Shown one piece after another: positions 56,413 to 64,000 of a DNA stretch of 64,000 bases. The first letter of the stretch is position 1; every line of letters starts with the position of its first letter. The notes under the pieces are model-generated. The model was not told where the DNA came from. It was given only the letters and a program-made list of their open reading frames with translations, and did not search any database. Source of the stretch: an uncultured bacterium (lineage in GTDB: Bacteria > Omnitrophota > Omnitrophia > Omnitrophales > Abzuiibacteriaceae); assembly GCA_964387845.1 (NCBI GenBank), contig CAYLXA010000002.1, positions 64,001-128,000 on the forward strand, written 5' to 3'. The position numbers and the translations under genes are program-made.

Positions 56413-57616
56413 AGCAGTTCTTATTTTGGATCAAATAGTACATATTGCGGTAGCGCTTGCTATCATGTCTTATATTTTTTCACGTGGGCTCTTGCTTGTC
56501 GGTATTTATACAGCGCTGATTGCTTGGCTGCTTGGCCGAATCTTAAAGCGAAAGACCATGCTTCCGCACACAGAGTGGAATATTTATCTGGGAATTATTT
56601 TGACTGCACTCATAGCTTCGGTGATCGTAAACGGAAATTGGTACGAAGGAGCGCGGGGCCTGCACAAGTGGCTAAGAGCTCTATTGCTATTTCTATTTGC
56701 CGCTGATTACCTGAGAGATAAGGAAAGCAAAAAAAACGTTTTACTGGCCCTTGGCACCGCGTTTTTGGTTGCTGTACTAGACGGGATTGCGCAGTATTTT
56801 ACTGGCAGAGACTGGATCCGCGGATTTGAGCTTGGGTATGCCGATTTTGTACCGCGCGTGACTTCATCGTTTGGTTATTTTGGCATGTTCGCTTCGTTCC
56901 TGGTCATGGCAGGGCCTATTGTATTTTGGTTTTTTTGGAAAAATTCTTCAAAACTAATCCGTTACGGACTTCTAGGAATTTCAATGTCTTTGGGTCTTCT
57001 AAATCTTTATCTGACTCGGGCGCGCGGTGCGTGGATTTCGCTGGCAGCAATGTTCGTTGCTTATTTGGTAATTACAAAGCGATGGGTCATGATTACGGTG
57101 CTGGCAGTAGCAACCGCTGCATTTTTGTTTTTACTGCCTCGCGACATTGTGCTGCACAGTCCAAAGGAAGTGGGAATCGACAAAACAATTCACCACCGCA
57201 TAATCTTATCCAACGAAGCCCTGACGATTTGGAGAGCGAACCCGCTTTTTGGATGCGGGCTTAATACGTATGTGCAGAATGTGGAAAAATATAATTTACC
57301 AAATTCACATGAGGTTAGAAATTATTACGCTCACAATGGCTACCTTCAATATGGCGCAGAGACCGGTATTGTTGGTTTTTTAGCGCTCGTATTCTTTTTA
57401 TTTCGGTATGGGATGGTGGCTATCTATAAATGCATTACTGAGCGCGCCGCTAGATTTTCTTTGAATCACGCATTATTAGTTTCAAACGGCAGTTTCCTCT
57501 TTTACATGTTTTTTGATACAATTTTTCACAATTTACAGCCATTTTTACTTTTTTGGTTTTTGCTTGGTTGGCATGCGTCTGTATTGCGGTATTCCCATGA
57601 AAACATTACGTCATAG
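56396..57616 (+). CDS. Wzy_C-family membrane protein (O-antigen ligase WaaL / O-oligosaccharyltransferase PglL / polymerase family)
   Basis: About 10 TM segments with a large periplasmic loop carrying 'YAHNGYLQYGAETGIVG', which is the conserved H-N-x-x-L / 'gaetG' region of WaaL/PglL. Confidence 0.7.
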   Translation: MVKQTKAVLILDQIVHIAVALAIMSYIFSRGLLLVGIYTALIAWLLGRILKRKTMLPHTEWNIYLGIILTALIASVIVNGNWYEGARGLHKWLRALLLFLFAADYLRDKESKKNVLLALGTAFLVAVLDGIAQYFTGRDWIRGFELGYADFVPRVTSSFGYFGMFASFLVMAGPIVFWFFWKNSSKLIRYGLLGISMSLGLLNLYLTRARGAWISLAAMFVAYLVITKRWVMITVLAVATAAFLFLLPRDIVLHSPKEVGIDKTIHHRIILSNEALTIWRANPLFGCGLNTYVQNVEKYNLPNSHEVRNYYAHNGYLQYGAETGIVGFLALVFFLFRYGMVAIYKCITERAARFSLNHALLVSNGSFLFYMFFDTIFHNLQPFLLFWFLLGWHASVLRYSHENITS

Positions 57617-59024
57617 ACGGAAGCGGAAAGGCGACTTTTTATCTTCTGTTATATTCCTAGCGTCCGATATTGCATCAATCTCAGCCGCGTTTGTTGTAGC
57701 TTATTTGGCGCGGTTCGACTGGCTCCAAAATTTCTTTCAAAAAGAGCCGCCCGACTTTAACCGGTACTTGTATGTGCTACCGGTAGTGATTGCCATCTTT
57801 ATCGCCACATTCCGGCAAAAGCAAATTTACGTTTTTGATACGCTTCGGAGGCGCCTCGATGAGATCGGTATTCTTTTTGCTTCGGTCGTTATTGCCGGCA
57901 TCCTGCTGATGGCACTCACGTTCTTGTACCGTGATTTTTCATATTCAAGAACATTTTTTGCCCTTCATTTAATCTTGTCATTTGTATTAATTTGTTTTTT
58001 TAGACATTTAGCCTATTGGCTGGATGGTGCAGTTAGATTAGCGACCGGAACCCGGATTCGGATTCTGGTAATGGGCGCTAACCGCAGCGCGCGTCAAATT
58101 ATTCGCCGAATTAACAAGAGCTACCGGAATCGATATGAGGTTGTCGGTGTATTGACAGGAGGGAAATCTCACGGTGAAAAGCATTTTGAACAGGCGCCGA
58201 TTGTCGGAAGTCTTGAGGATGTCTTTAAAAAAATGCCGCAGCTAAACGCCGATGAAGTGATTTTGACGGTTTCCGATTTTCCGGATGAAAAACTAACCGA
58301 GCTTTTCCTGAAATGCGAGAATGAAATGGTTTCATTTCTTAAAATTCCAGATTTATTCGGCATTTTCACAAGCGGAGTGGATATTCATTATATTGACAAC
58401 GTCCCTTTGATCGGGATTAAAAAATCGCCGCTCGATAAATTTGTGAACCGGCTTTTTAAGAGGTCTTTTGACCTTGCCACATCCCTGGTCGGCGTTGTTT
58501 TGCTCTCACCGGTTTATGTGGTGATTGCCATATTGGTAAAATGCACGGACGGCGGGCCGATTTTGTATCGCCAGGACCGGACCGGGATGGACGGGCGGAG
58601 TTTTTTTATGTATAAATTCAGAACCATGCGCGTAGATGCCGAATCGAAGTCAGGGCCCGTATGGGCAGTGGCTGACGATCAGCGGGTGACATCGGTCGGG
58701 AAATTTTTACGCCGCTTTAATCTCGATGAATTGCCGCAGTTTTTTAACGTTTTGCGCGGAGAAATGAGTATCGTGGGGCCCCGTCCGGAGCGCCCTCACT
58801 TTGTAGGGAAATTCCGCGACCAAGTGCCTCGATACATGGCGCGTCACAAAATCAAATCCGGAATCACAGGATGGGCACAAGTAAACGGCTTTCGCGGTAA
58901 CACGTCTATCGCGGAGCGCACCAAATACGACCTCTATTATTATGAAAATTGGTCGTTATTCTTAGACATTAAAATCATTCTCCTAACTTTGTTTTCACCG
59001 AAAGGTTTTCAAAACGCGTATTGA
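57597..59024 (+). CDS. undecaprenyl-phosphate sugar phosphotransferase (WbaP/PglC-large type initiating transferase)
   Basis: N-terminal TM bundle, a central CoA-binding-like domain and C-terminal '[11 protein letters not shown]…[25 protein letters not shown]' bacterial sugar transferase domain. ATG 57597; the ORF track starts at 57513. Confidence 0.85.
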   Translation: MKTLRHRRKRKGDFLSSVIFLASDIASISAAFVVAYLARFDWLQNFFQKEPPDFNRYLYVLPVVIAIFIATFRQKQIYVFDTLRRRLDEIGILFASVVIAGILLMALTFLYRDFSYSRTFFALHLILSFVLICFFRHLAYWLDGAVRLATGTRIRILVMGANRSARQIIRRINKSYRNRYEVVGVLTGGKSHGEKHFEQAPIVGSLEDVFKKMPQLNADEVILTVSDFPDEKLTELFLKCENEMVSFLKIPDLFGIFTSGVDIHYIDNVPLIGIKKSPLDKFVNRLFKRSFDLATSLVGVVLLSPVYVVIAILVKCTDGGPILYRQDRTGMDGRSFFMYKFRTMRVDAESKSGPVWAVADDQRVTSVGKFLRRFNLDELPQFFNVLRGEMSIVGPRPERPHFVGKFRDQVPRYMARHKIKSGITGWAQVNGFRGNTSIAERTKYDLYYYENWSLFLDIKIILLTLFSPKGFQNAY

Positions 59025-59025
59025 T

Positions 59026-59793
59026 ATGTCCAAAACCCCGATCACCATTGCTGTCATGGCAAAAAACGAAGAAAAAAGATTGCCGGCATGCCTCGAGTCT
59101 GTGCGCTGGGCAGATGAAATTCTGATTCTGGATGACGAAAGTACGGACCGTACCGTTCAAATTGCAGAATCTTTCGGTGCTCGCGTGATCAAGCGAAAAT
59201 TGGATGTTGAGGGCCGTCACCGCAATTTTCTATATGCACACGCCAAAAACGAATGGGTCTTGAGTTTGGATGCCGATGAGCACGTAACGCCCGAGCTCGC
59301 TAAAGAAATTGACGAAGTAATCAAGAAAAACGACCCGGGATTCGCCGGTTATTCCATGCCGATGCAGATTTTTATCGGAACCCGATGGATCCGAGGAGCG
59401 GGTTATTACCCATCCGCGCGCTTAAAAATGTTTCGCCGCGATAAATTCAAATACGAGGAAACCGGTGTTCATCCGCGCGTTTTTCTCGATGGGAAGTGTG
59501 GACGCTTAAAAGGAGAGCTGCTTCATTATTCTTTCCGGGATTTCTCGCATTTTATTGCCAAATTCAACCGGGAAACCGATTTGGAAGCCGTGAAATGGCT
59601 TGAAGATAAGCGTAAAATGAGTTTTGGGCTTGCGTTTTACAAGTCGACCGACCGTTTTTTCCGCGCATTCATTACAAAAAAGGGTTACCGCGATGGTTTT
59701 CTCGGATTTATTCTGTCTTGTTTTTCATCCTGGTATCAACTTGTGACTTATGCCAAATACTGGTTCGCAAAGCAAAACCAAGCGCCCCAATAA
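59026..59793 (+). CDS. glycosyltransferase family 2 (WaaE/KdtX-like LPS glycosyltransferase)
   Basis: 'ITIAVMAKNEEKRLPACLESVRWADEILILDDESTDRT'. Confidence 0.8.
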   Translation: MSKTPITIAVMAKNEEKRLPACLESVRWADEILILDDESTDRTVQIAESFGARVIKRKLDVEGRHRNFLYAHAKNEWVLSLDADEHVTPELAKEIDEVIKKNDPGFAGYSMPMQIFIGTRWIRGAGYYPSARLKMFRRDKFKYEETGVHPRVFLDGKCGRLKGELLHYSFRDFSHFIAKFNRETDLEAVKWLEDKRKMSFGLAFYKSTDRFFRAFITKKGYRDGFLGFILSCFSSWYQLVTYAKYWFAKQNQAPQ

Positions 59794-60343
59794 TTTTCAA
59801 AATGTTGTCTTCGTTGACCGCGACGGCGTCATTAATTATGACAATCTTGCCGGTTACATTACGCAATGGAAATATTTTAAGTTCATTCCGGGGTCGCTCA
59901 AGGCTCTCGCTCAGTTAACGAAAGCAGGGTTCAAGATCGTGATCATCTCCAACCAAGCCGGAATCGGTGACGGTGTTTACCCTAAAAAAGCACTGATCGA
60001 TATCACGTGGAGAATGAAACGCAAGATGAAGCAATCGGGAGTTGAAGTCGTTGGAATTTATTACTGTTTACATGGCAAAAAAGCCGGCTGCAAATGCCGC
60101 AAACCCGAAACCGGGCTTTTCAAAAAAGCCGCGCGGGATTTTCGTTTTAACAAAAAGAAAACTTATTTTATCGGTGATAAAATTTCTGATTTATTGGCAG
60201 GAAAGCGTTTTGGTCTGCGGACCGGTTTTGTGTTAACCGGTCACGGAAAACATGAAGCTCCGAAAATTCCCGTGCGCCTCAAACCGGATGTTCGCGGCGC
60301 TAATTTACTCCAGTTAACCCGCCGTTTATTGAAATCTTTATGA
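59750..60343 (+). CDS. gmhB: D-glycero-D-manno-heptose 1,7-bisphosphate phosphatase
   Basis: HAD motif I 'VVFVDRDGVIN', Zn-binding 'CLHGKKAGCKCRKPETG' and motif III 'IGDKISD'. Confidence 0.75.
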   Translation: MPNTGSQSKTKRPNNFQNVVFVDRDGVINYDNLAGYITQWKYFKFIPGSLKALAQLTKAGFKIVIISNQAGIGDGVYPKKALIDITWRMKRKMKQSGVEVVGIYYCLHGKKAGCKCRKPETGLFKKAARDFRFNKKKTYFIGDKISDLLAGKRFGLRTGFVLTGHGKHEAPKIPVRLKPDVRGANLLQLTRRLLKSL

Positions 60344-61455
60344 AGATTTTTGTTTTGTATTCCTGCGCCGGTGAAGGACATAAAAAAATTGCGGAAGCGG
60401 CGATCCAAGAATTAGAAAGGCAGAATCTCGGCGCCATTCATGGATTCGATGCTTTTGAAAAAACATTGCCTGTATTTCGGGACGCCTATCCGGCTGTTTA
60501 TTTCTATCTGGTTAAATATGCCACGCAGTTTTGGAGTTTTCTTTATCATGCATCAGACTATCCGCTGGTAGCGCGCCTTTTAGTGCCGTTCCGGCGGCTG
60601 TGGAACCGGTTTCATTCGATCGGATTACGGAAATACTTACGGGAAGAAAAACCGGATATTATGATTGTGACGCATTTTTATGCTGCAGAAGTCATTGCTT
60701 CCGCAAAATTATGCGGTGAAATCTCCGGCAAATTAATTACTATTATTACCGACGCAATGCCGCATGCGTTTTGGATCAATGACGGCACGGATTATTATTG
60801 GGTCATGTGTGAGGAAAATAAAAAAGTTCTCATGCAGCGGGGCGTTTCGGAAAATTGTATCCGAGTCGGCGGCATTCCGGTCCGCCACGAATTTGCGGAG
60901 CCTGCGGATCGCCGCGCATTAAGGCAAAAACACGGACTTCAGCCGGATCGGTTTACGATATTGTTTACGAGCGGTAGTTTTGGATTAGGCCCGACCGAAG
61001 AGCTCTTAAAAGCTCTGGAAGATTTTAAAGACCGCATTCAAGCGGCGGTTGTTTGCGGTAGAAATCAGGCGCTCTATGATCATCTGACAAAGCAAACCTG
61101 GCAATATCCTGTCATTGTAACGGGTTTTACCGATGTGATGCACGAATGGATGAGCGTGGCGGATATCATGATCGCAAAGTCGGGCGGTTCGACGATGTGC
61201 GAGGGGCTTGCCAAAACTCTGCCGATGCTGATTAGTGCGCCAATTCCGGGACAAGAGACCCGAAATCGCGATTGGCTTTTTGCGCACCAGGCTGCTGTCG
61301 GAATTGAATCGGCAGATGATGTGAAGAATTTAGTGCGGACACTTTTGTCGGATCCTAAAAAATTAACCGAATTGCACAACAATATACAAAAAATTGCAAA
61401 ACCAGCCGCTGCAGCGGATTTGACAGCGTTTGTCTCCCAAATTTCCAAATCATGA
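60340..61455 (+). CDS. GT28 diacylglycerol glycosyltransferase-like protein (MGDG synthase/UgtP family)
   Basis: N-terminal MGDG_synth-like 'KIFVLYSCAGEGHKKIAEAAIQELE'. C-terminal Glyco_tran_28_C 'IAKSGGSTMCEGLAKTLPMLI'. Confidence 0.6.
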   Translation: MKIFVLYSCAGEGHKKIAEAAIQELERQNLGAIHGFDAFEKTLPVFRDAYPAVYFYLVKYATQFWSFLYHASDYPLVARLLVPFRRLWNRFHSIGLRKYLREEKPDIMIVTHFYAAEVIASAKLCGEISGKLITIITDAMPHAFWINDGTDYYWVMCEENKKVLMQRGVSENCIRVGGIPVRHEFAEPADRRALRQKHGLQPDRFTILFTSGSFGLGPTEELLKALEDFKDRIQAAVVCGRNQALYDHLTKQTWQYPVIVTGFTDVMHEWMSVADIMIAKSGGSTMCEGLAKTLPMLISAPIPGQETRNRDWLFAHQAAVGIESADDVKNLVRTLLSDPKKLTELHNNIQKIAKPAAAADLTAFVSQISKS

Positions 61456-62165
61456 CAGATCCAAGATTGAGCAAGCTGATTAAATCCATCGAATCTAAGT
61501 TTGAAGCCATGCGCACCGATGGCGTTCAAATATTAACACTGCCGAAAGTAGGCACTGGGCCAGTTGCTGAGAAATCGGAGTCAGTCCAAACCGCCTCGGC
61601 CACATCACCAAAAAATATTTTGATTCAATTCAAGAATGAAGTCAGTCAATGCACAAAGTGCGGTGAGCTGGCATCGAGCCGCCAAAACGTTGTTTTTGGT
61701 GCGGGGAATGCAAAAGCAAAATTAGTTTTTGTCGGCGAAGCCCCCGGACGGGATGAAGATGAGCAAGGCTTGCCATTTGTGGGGCTTGCGGGCCAGCTTT
61801 TAACCAAAATGATCGAAGCGATCGGGATGAGCCGCAACGAAGTCTTTATTTGCAATGTATTGAAATGCCGGCCTCCGCAAAACCGGAACCCGATGCCGGA
61901 AGAAATCATTAATTGCTCGCCTTATCTGTGGCGCCAACTTGAATTAATTCAGCCGAAAATGATTTGCGCGCTGGGTAAATTTGCCGCACAAACCTTACTT
62001 AATTCCACTGCGTCAATTTCACAGCTGCGCGGCACGATTCACGACTGCCGCGGGTTTAGATTGATTTGCACGTTTCATCCCGCTTACTTACTGCGCAATC
62101 CGGCTGACAAAAGGAAGGCGTGGGAAGATTTGAAGCGGGTCAAAGCCGAATTGGTTGAAGCTTAA
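61452..62165 (+). CDS. uracil-DNA glycosylase, family 4
   Basis: 'CTKCGEL…VVFGAGNAKAKLVFVGEAPGRDEDEQGLPFVGLAGQLL' is the diagnostic UDG4 motif A region. 'HPAYLLRNP' is motif B. Confidence 0.9.
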   Translation: MTDPRLSKLIKSIESKFEAMRTDGVQILTLPKVGTGPVAEKSESVQTASATSPKNILIQFKNEVSQCTKCGELASSRQNVVFGAGNAKAKLVFVGEAPGRDEDEQGLPFVGLAGQLLTKMIEAIGMSRNEVFICNVLKCRPPQNRNPMPEEIINCSPYLWRQLELIQPKMICALGKFAAQTLLNSTASISQLRGTIHDCRGFRLICTFHPAYLLRNPADKRKAWEDLKRVKAELVEA

Positions 62166-62179
62166 AGAAAGATTCCGCG

Positions 62180-64000
62180 GTGAACACACTTTTCGAAGAA
62201 GCAAAAAAAACCGACCTACAACTGATCCAAGTTGCCATTCCACTGGCTGTCGATGACCCGTTTACCTATGCGGTGCCTCATGAATTCTCCGGAAAAATAA
62301 AACCCGGCGTCCGCGTCCGAATTCCGTTTAAAAACCGCGACATCGTCGGCTATGTGGTTGGAATTTCAGAATCCGAACCTACAGCCAAGATTAAAAATGT
62401 CCTTGAGGTTTTAGATGAATCTCCTGTGATTTCCGAACATTTTCTTGAGTTGTCAAAGTGGATCAAAAATTATTATTTTTCCAGTTGGGGAGAAGCCATT
62501 CAAACCTGCATTCCGAAACAATACCGGCAAGCCAAGACATTAAAAGAAAAGAAGAGCAAAGCAGAAATCGCAAAAGATTCTGCGGTGGCCTTTAAAGATT
62601 TTTCACTCACCAGCGAGCAGAAGAATGCATTGGAGAAGATTTTGTCGCTTGTGCGTTCAGAAAAGTTTTCCGAGATTGTTCTTCTGGGCGTGACCGGGAG
62701 CGGAAAAAGTGAAATTTACATTCGCGCAATGAAGGAGGCAATTGCGAGCGGAAAATCGGCGATTTGTCTGGTTCCCGAAATTGCGCTCACCGAACAAATC
62801 GAGCGGTTTTTTGAAGGCCATTTTGGCGATCAATTGGAAATTATTCACAGCAAATTGTCAGACGGTGAACGTTGGCAAGCCTGGGAACGCATCCGCCGCG
62901 GTGAGAAAAAAGTCGTATTGGGTGTTCGCTCTGCGATTTTTGCGCCCATTCATCACTTAGGCCTGATTATTATTGATGAGGAGCAGGAGCCTTCGTACAA
63001 ACAAGATCAAACACCACGTTACCATGCGCGTGAAGTGGCAAGGTGGCGCGCTGAGCATCTCGGAGCAACGCTCGTCATGGGCAGCGCAACGCCTTCGATG
63101 GAAGTACTGCATGAAGCGCAAACCGGCCGCATTCACATGATGGAACTTTCCGGGCGAATCGGAAACCGGCCCATGCCCGAAATCCAAATTATTGACCTCA
63201 AACAAGCGCAGCAAATTTCACGCGAGAAGGTTATTGTTTCATCAACGCTTGCACAAGCCGTTCAATCAGCGCTTGAGAAAAAAGAAGGCGTTATGCTGAT
63301 GCTGAATCGGCGTGGCTTTTCAACACAGGCGCAGTGCCTGCAGTGCGGAAAAGCGATTATGTGCCGGCATTGCGATGTCGCGCTCACATTTCATCAAGCT
63401 GATCAGAGGCTCTTGTGCCATTACTGTAATTACGCGATCGGCGAGTCGGATAAGTGCGTATATTGCCAACACCCGCTTTTCCGGTATATGGGTGCCGGCA
63501 CGGAAAAAGTAGAGAGCGAAGTCGCACGCCTCTTTCCGCAGGCAAGAGTCGCGCGGCTCGATTCGGATACCGCCCGCAAAAAGGGAAGCCATCAGGCGAT
63601 TTTGGCCAAATTTAGAGCGCGCGAAATCGATATCTTGGTCGGCACGCAGATGATTGCCAAAGGCTTCGATTTTCCGCACGTCAGTCTCGTGGGCGTCATT
63701 TTGGCGGACACGGCACTTTTACTGCCGGATTACCGCTCCAGCGAAAAAACATTTCAACTGGTCACGCAGGTGGCGGGCCGTTCAGGCCGGGGCGAGCAAG
63801 CCGGTAAGGTAATGGTCCAAACGTTCTCACCTTTTCATTACAGCATCCAATGCGCTAAAAATCACGACACCAAAGGTTTTTACACTGAAGAACTTAAGCA
63901 TCGGCAGGAGTTTTCTTATCCGCCGTTTGTTAAATTAATCAACATCATTATCCGGTCAAAGACTGAAAAGAAAGTTATAGAACAGGCAGAAATTTTGAAA
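62180..64000 (+). CDS. priA: primosomal protein N' (PriA helicase), 5' part; continues beyond the window
   Basis: GTG start at 62180. The frame is open to the window end. N-terminal 3'-BD 'IQVAIPLAVDDPFTYAVP', Walker A 'LLGVTGSGKSEIY', 'IIIDEEQEPSYKQ' and Cys4 zinc-finger pairs 'CLQCGKAIMCRHC…CHYCN'. Confidence 0.9.
   Translation, partial: MNTLFEEAKKTDLQLIQVAIPLAVDDPFTYAVPHEFSGKIKPGVRVRIPFKNRDIVGYVVGISESEPTAKIKNVLEVLDESPVISEHFLELSKWIKNYYFSSWGEAIQTCIPKQYRQAKTLKEKKSKAEIAKDSAVAFKDFSLTSEQKNALEKILSLVRSEKFSEIVLLGVTGSGKSEIYIRAMKEAIASGKSAICLVPEIALTEQIERFFEGHFGDQLEIIHSKLSDGERWQAWERIRRGEKKVVLGVRSAIFAPIHHLGLIIIDEEQEPSYKQDQTPRYHAREVARWRAEHLGATLVMGSATPSMEVLHEAQTGRIHMMELSGRIGNRPMPEIQIIDLKQAQQISREKVIVSSTLAQAVQSALEKKEGVMLMLNRRGFSTQAQCLQCGKAIMCRHCDVALTFHQADQRLLCHYCNYAIGESDKCVYCQHPLFRYMGAGTEKVESEVARLFPQARVARLDSDTARKKGSHQAILAKFRAREIDILVGTQMIAKGFDFPHVSLVGVILADTALLLPDYRSSEKTFQLVTQVAGRSGRGEQAGKVMVQTFSPFHYSIQCAKNHDTKGFYTEELKHRQEFSYPPFVKLINIIIRSKTEKKVIEQAEILK

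Noticed and set aside
1-64000. CRISPR arrays, cas genes, transposases, integrases, prophage or toxin-antitoxin modules.
   Set aside because: I scanned for regularly spaced direct repeats and for characteristic protein motifs (DDE, tyrosine recombinase RHRY, Cas HD and RuvC). None was found. The only repeat noted is the 12-bp tandem duplication at 30350.

Overview
This window is a compact, gene-dense stretch of bacterial chromosome, and the cell-envelope genes point to a diderm (Gram-negative-type) organism. By eye the GC content is moderate, with some patches richer in AT.

The first ~15 kb is housekeeping: argS 3' end, miaA, hflX, a NUDIX hydrolase, a deoxyhypusine-synthase homologue, hldD, tRNA-Thr(CGU), rpoN on the minus strand, accD, an orphan MalK/UgpC-type ABC ATPase, two tandem membrane GGDEF diguanylate cyclases, a short transaldolase/FSA and lptD.

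From about 15.2 kb to 59.8 kb there is one continuous, almost entirely plus-strand glycan-biosynthesis island of roughly 44 kb.
- Nucleotide-sugar genes: ugd, rfbB, rfbD, a WecC/WbpA-type dehydrogenase, a WbpP-like 4-epimerase, a UDP-xylose synthase and an Rmd-like reductase.
- At least 12 glycosyltransferases of the GT2 and GT4 families, including a di-GT4 fusion.
- Four methyltransferases, one of them TylF-type.
- An ArnC-like GT2 paired with a GT-C-like membrane protein.
- Two tandem membrane-anchored SGNH hydrolases, one of them frameshifted.
- A complete legionaminic-acid-type nonulosonic acid pathway: a LegB-like dehydratase, a LegC-like aminotransferase, a fused NeuC-NeuB (LegG-LegI) protein, a NeuD/PglD-type acetyltransferase, a CBS-nucleotidyltransferase like PtmE, and a CMP-NulO synthetase.
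- A WbuX/HisH/HisF acetimidoylation module, interrupted by a TylF-type O-methyltransferase and a prolyl-4-hydroxylase-like 2OG-Fe(II) oxygenase.
- A 650-aa HP-motif GT-B-like protein translationally abutting the CMP-NulO synthetase. I propose it as a candidate nonulosonic acid transferase.
- An MsbA/PglK-like ABC exporter, a Wzy_C (O-antigen ligase / O-OTase family) protein and a WbaP-type initiating phosphotransferase.

The island is followed by gmhB, a GT28 MGDG-synthase-like gene, a family-4 uracil-DNA glycosylase and the 5' part of priA. I found no CRISPR array, transposase or integrase.

The most novel-looking part is the heavily decorated NulO glycan system: the NulO pathway, the acetimidoyl/methyl/oxygenase module, the putative NulO transferase, the SGNH pair and the GT-C-like proteins. 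It has no obvious Wzx, Wza or Wzz, so it may feed an ABC-flippase-dependent LPS pathway or a protein O-glycosylation pathway.
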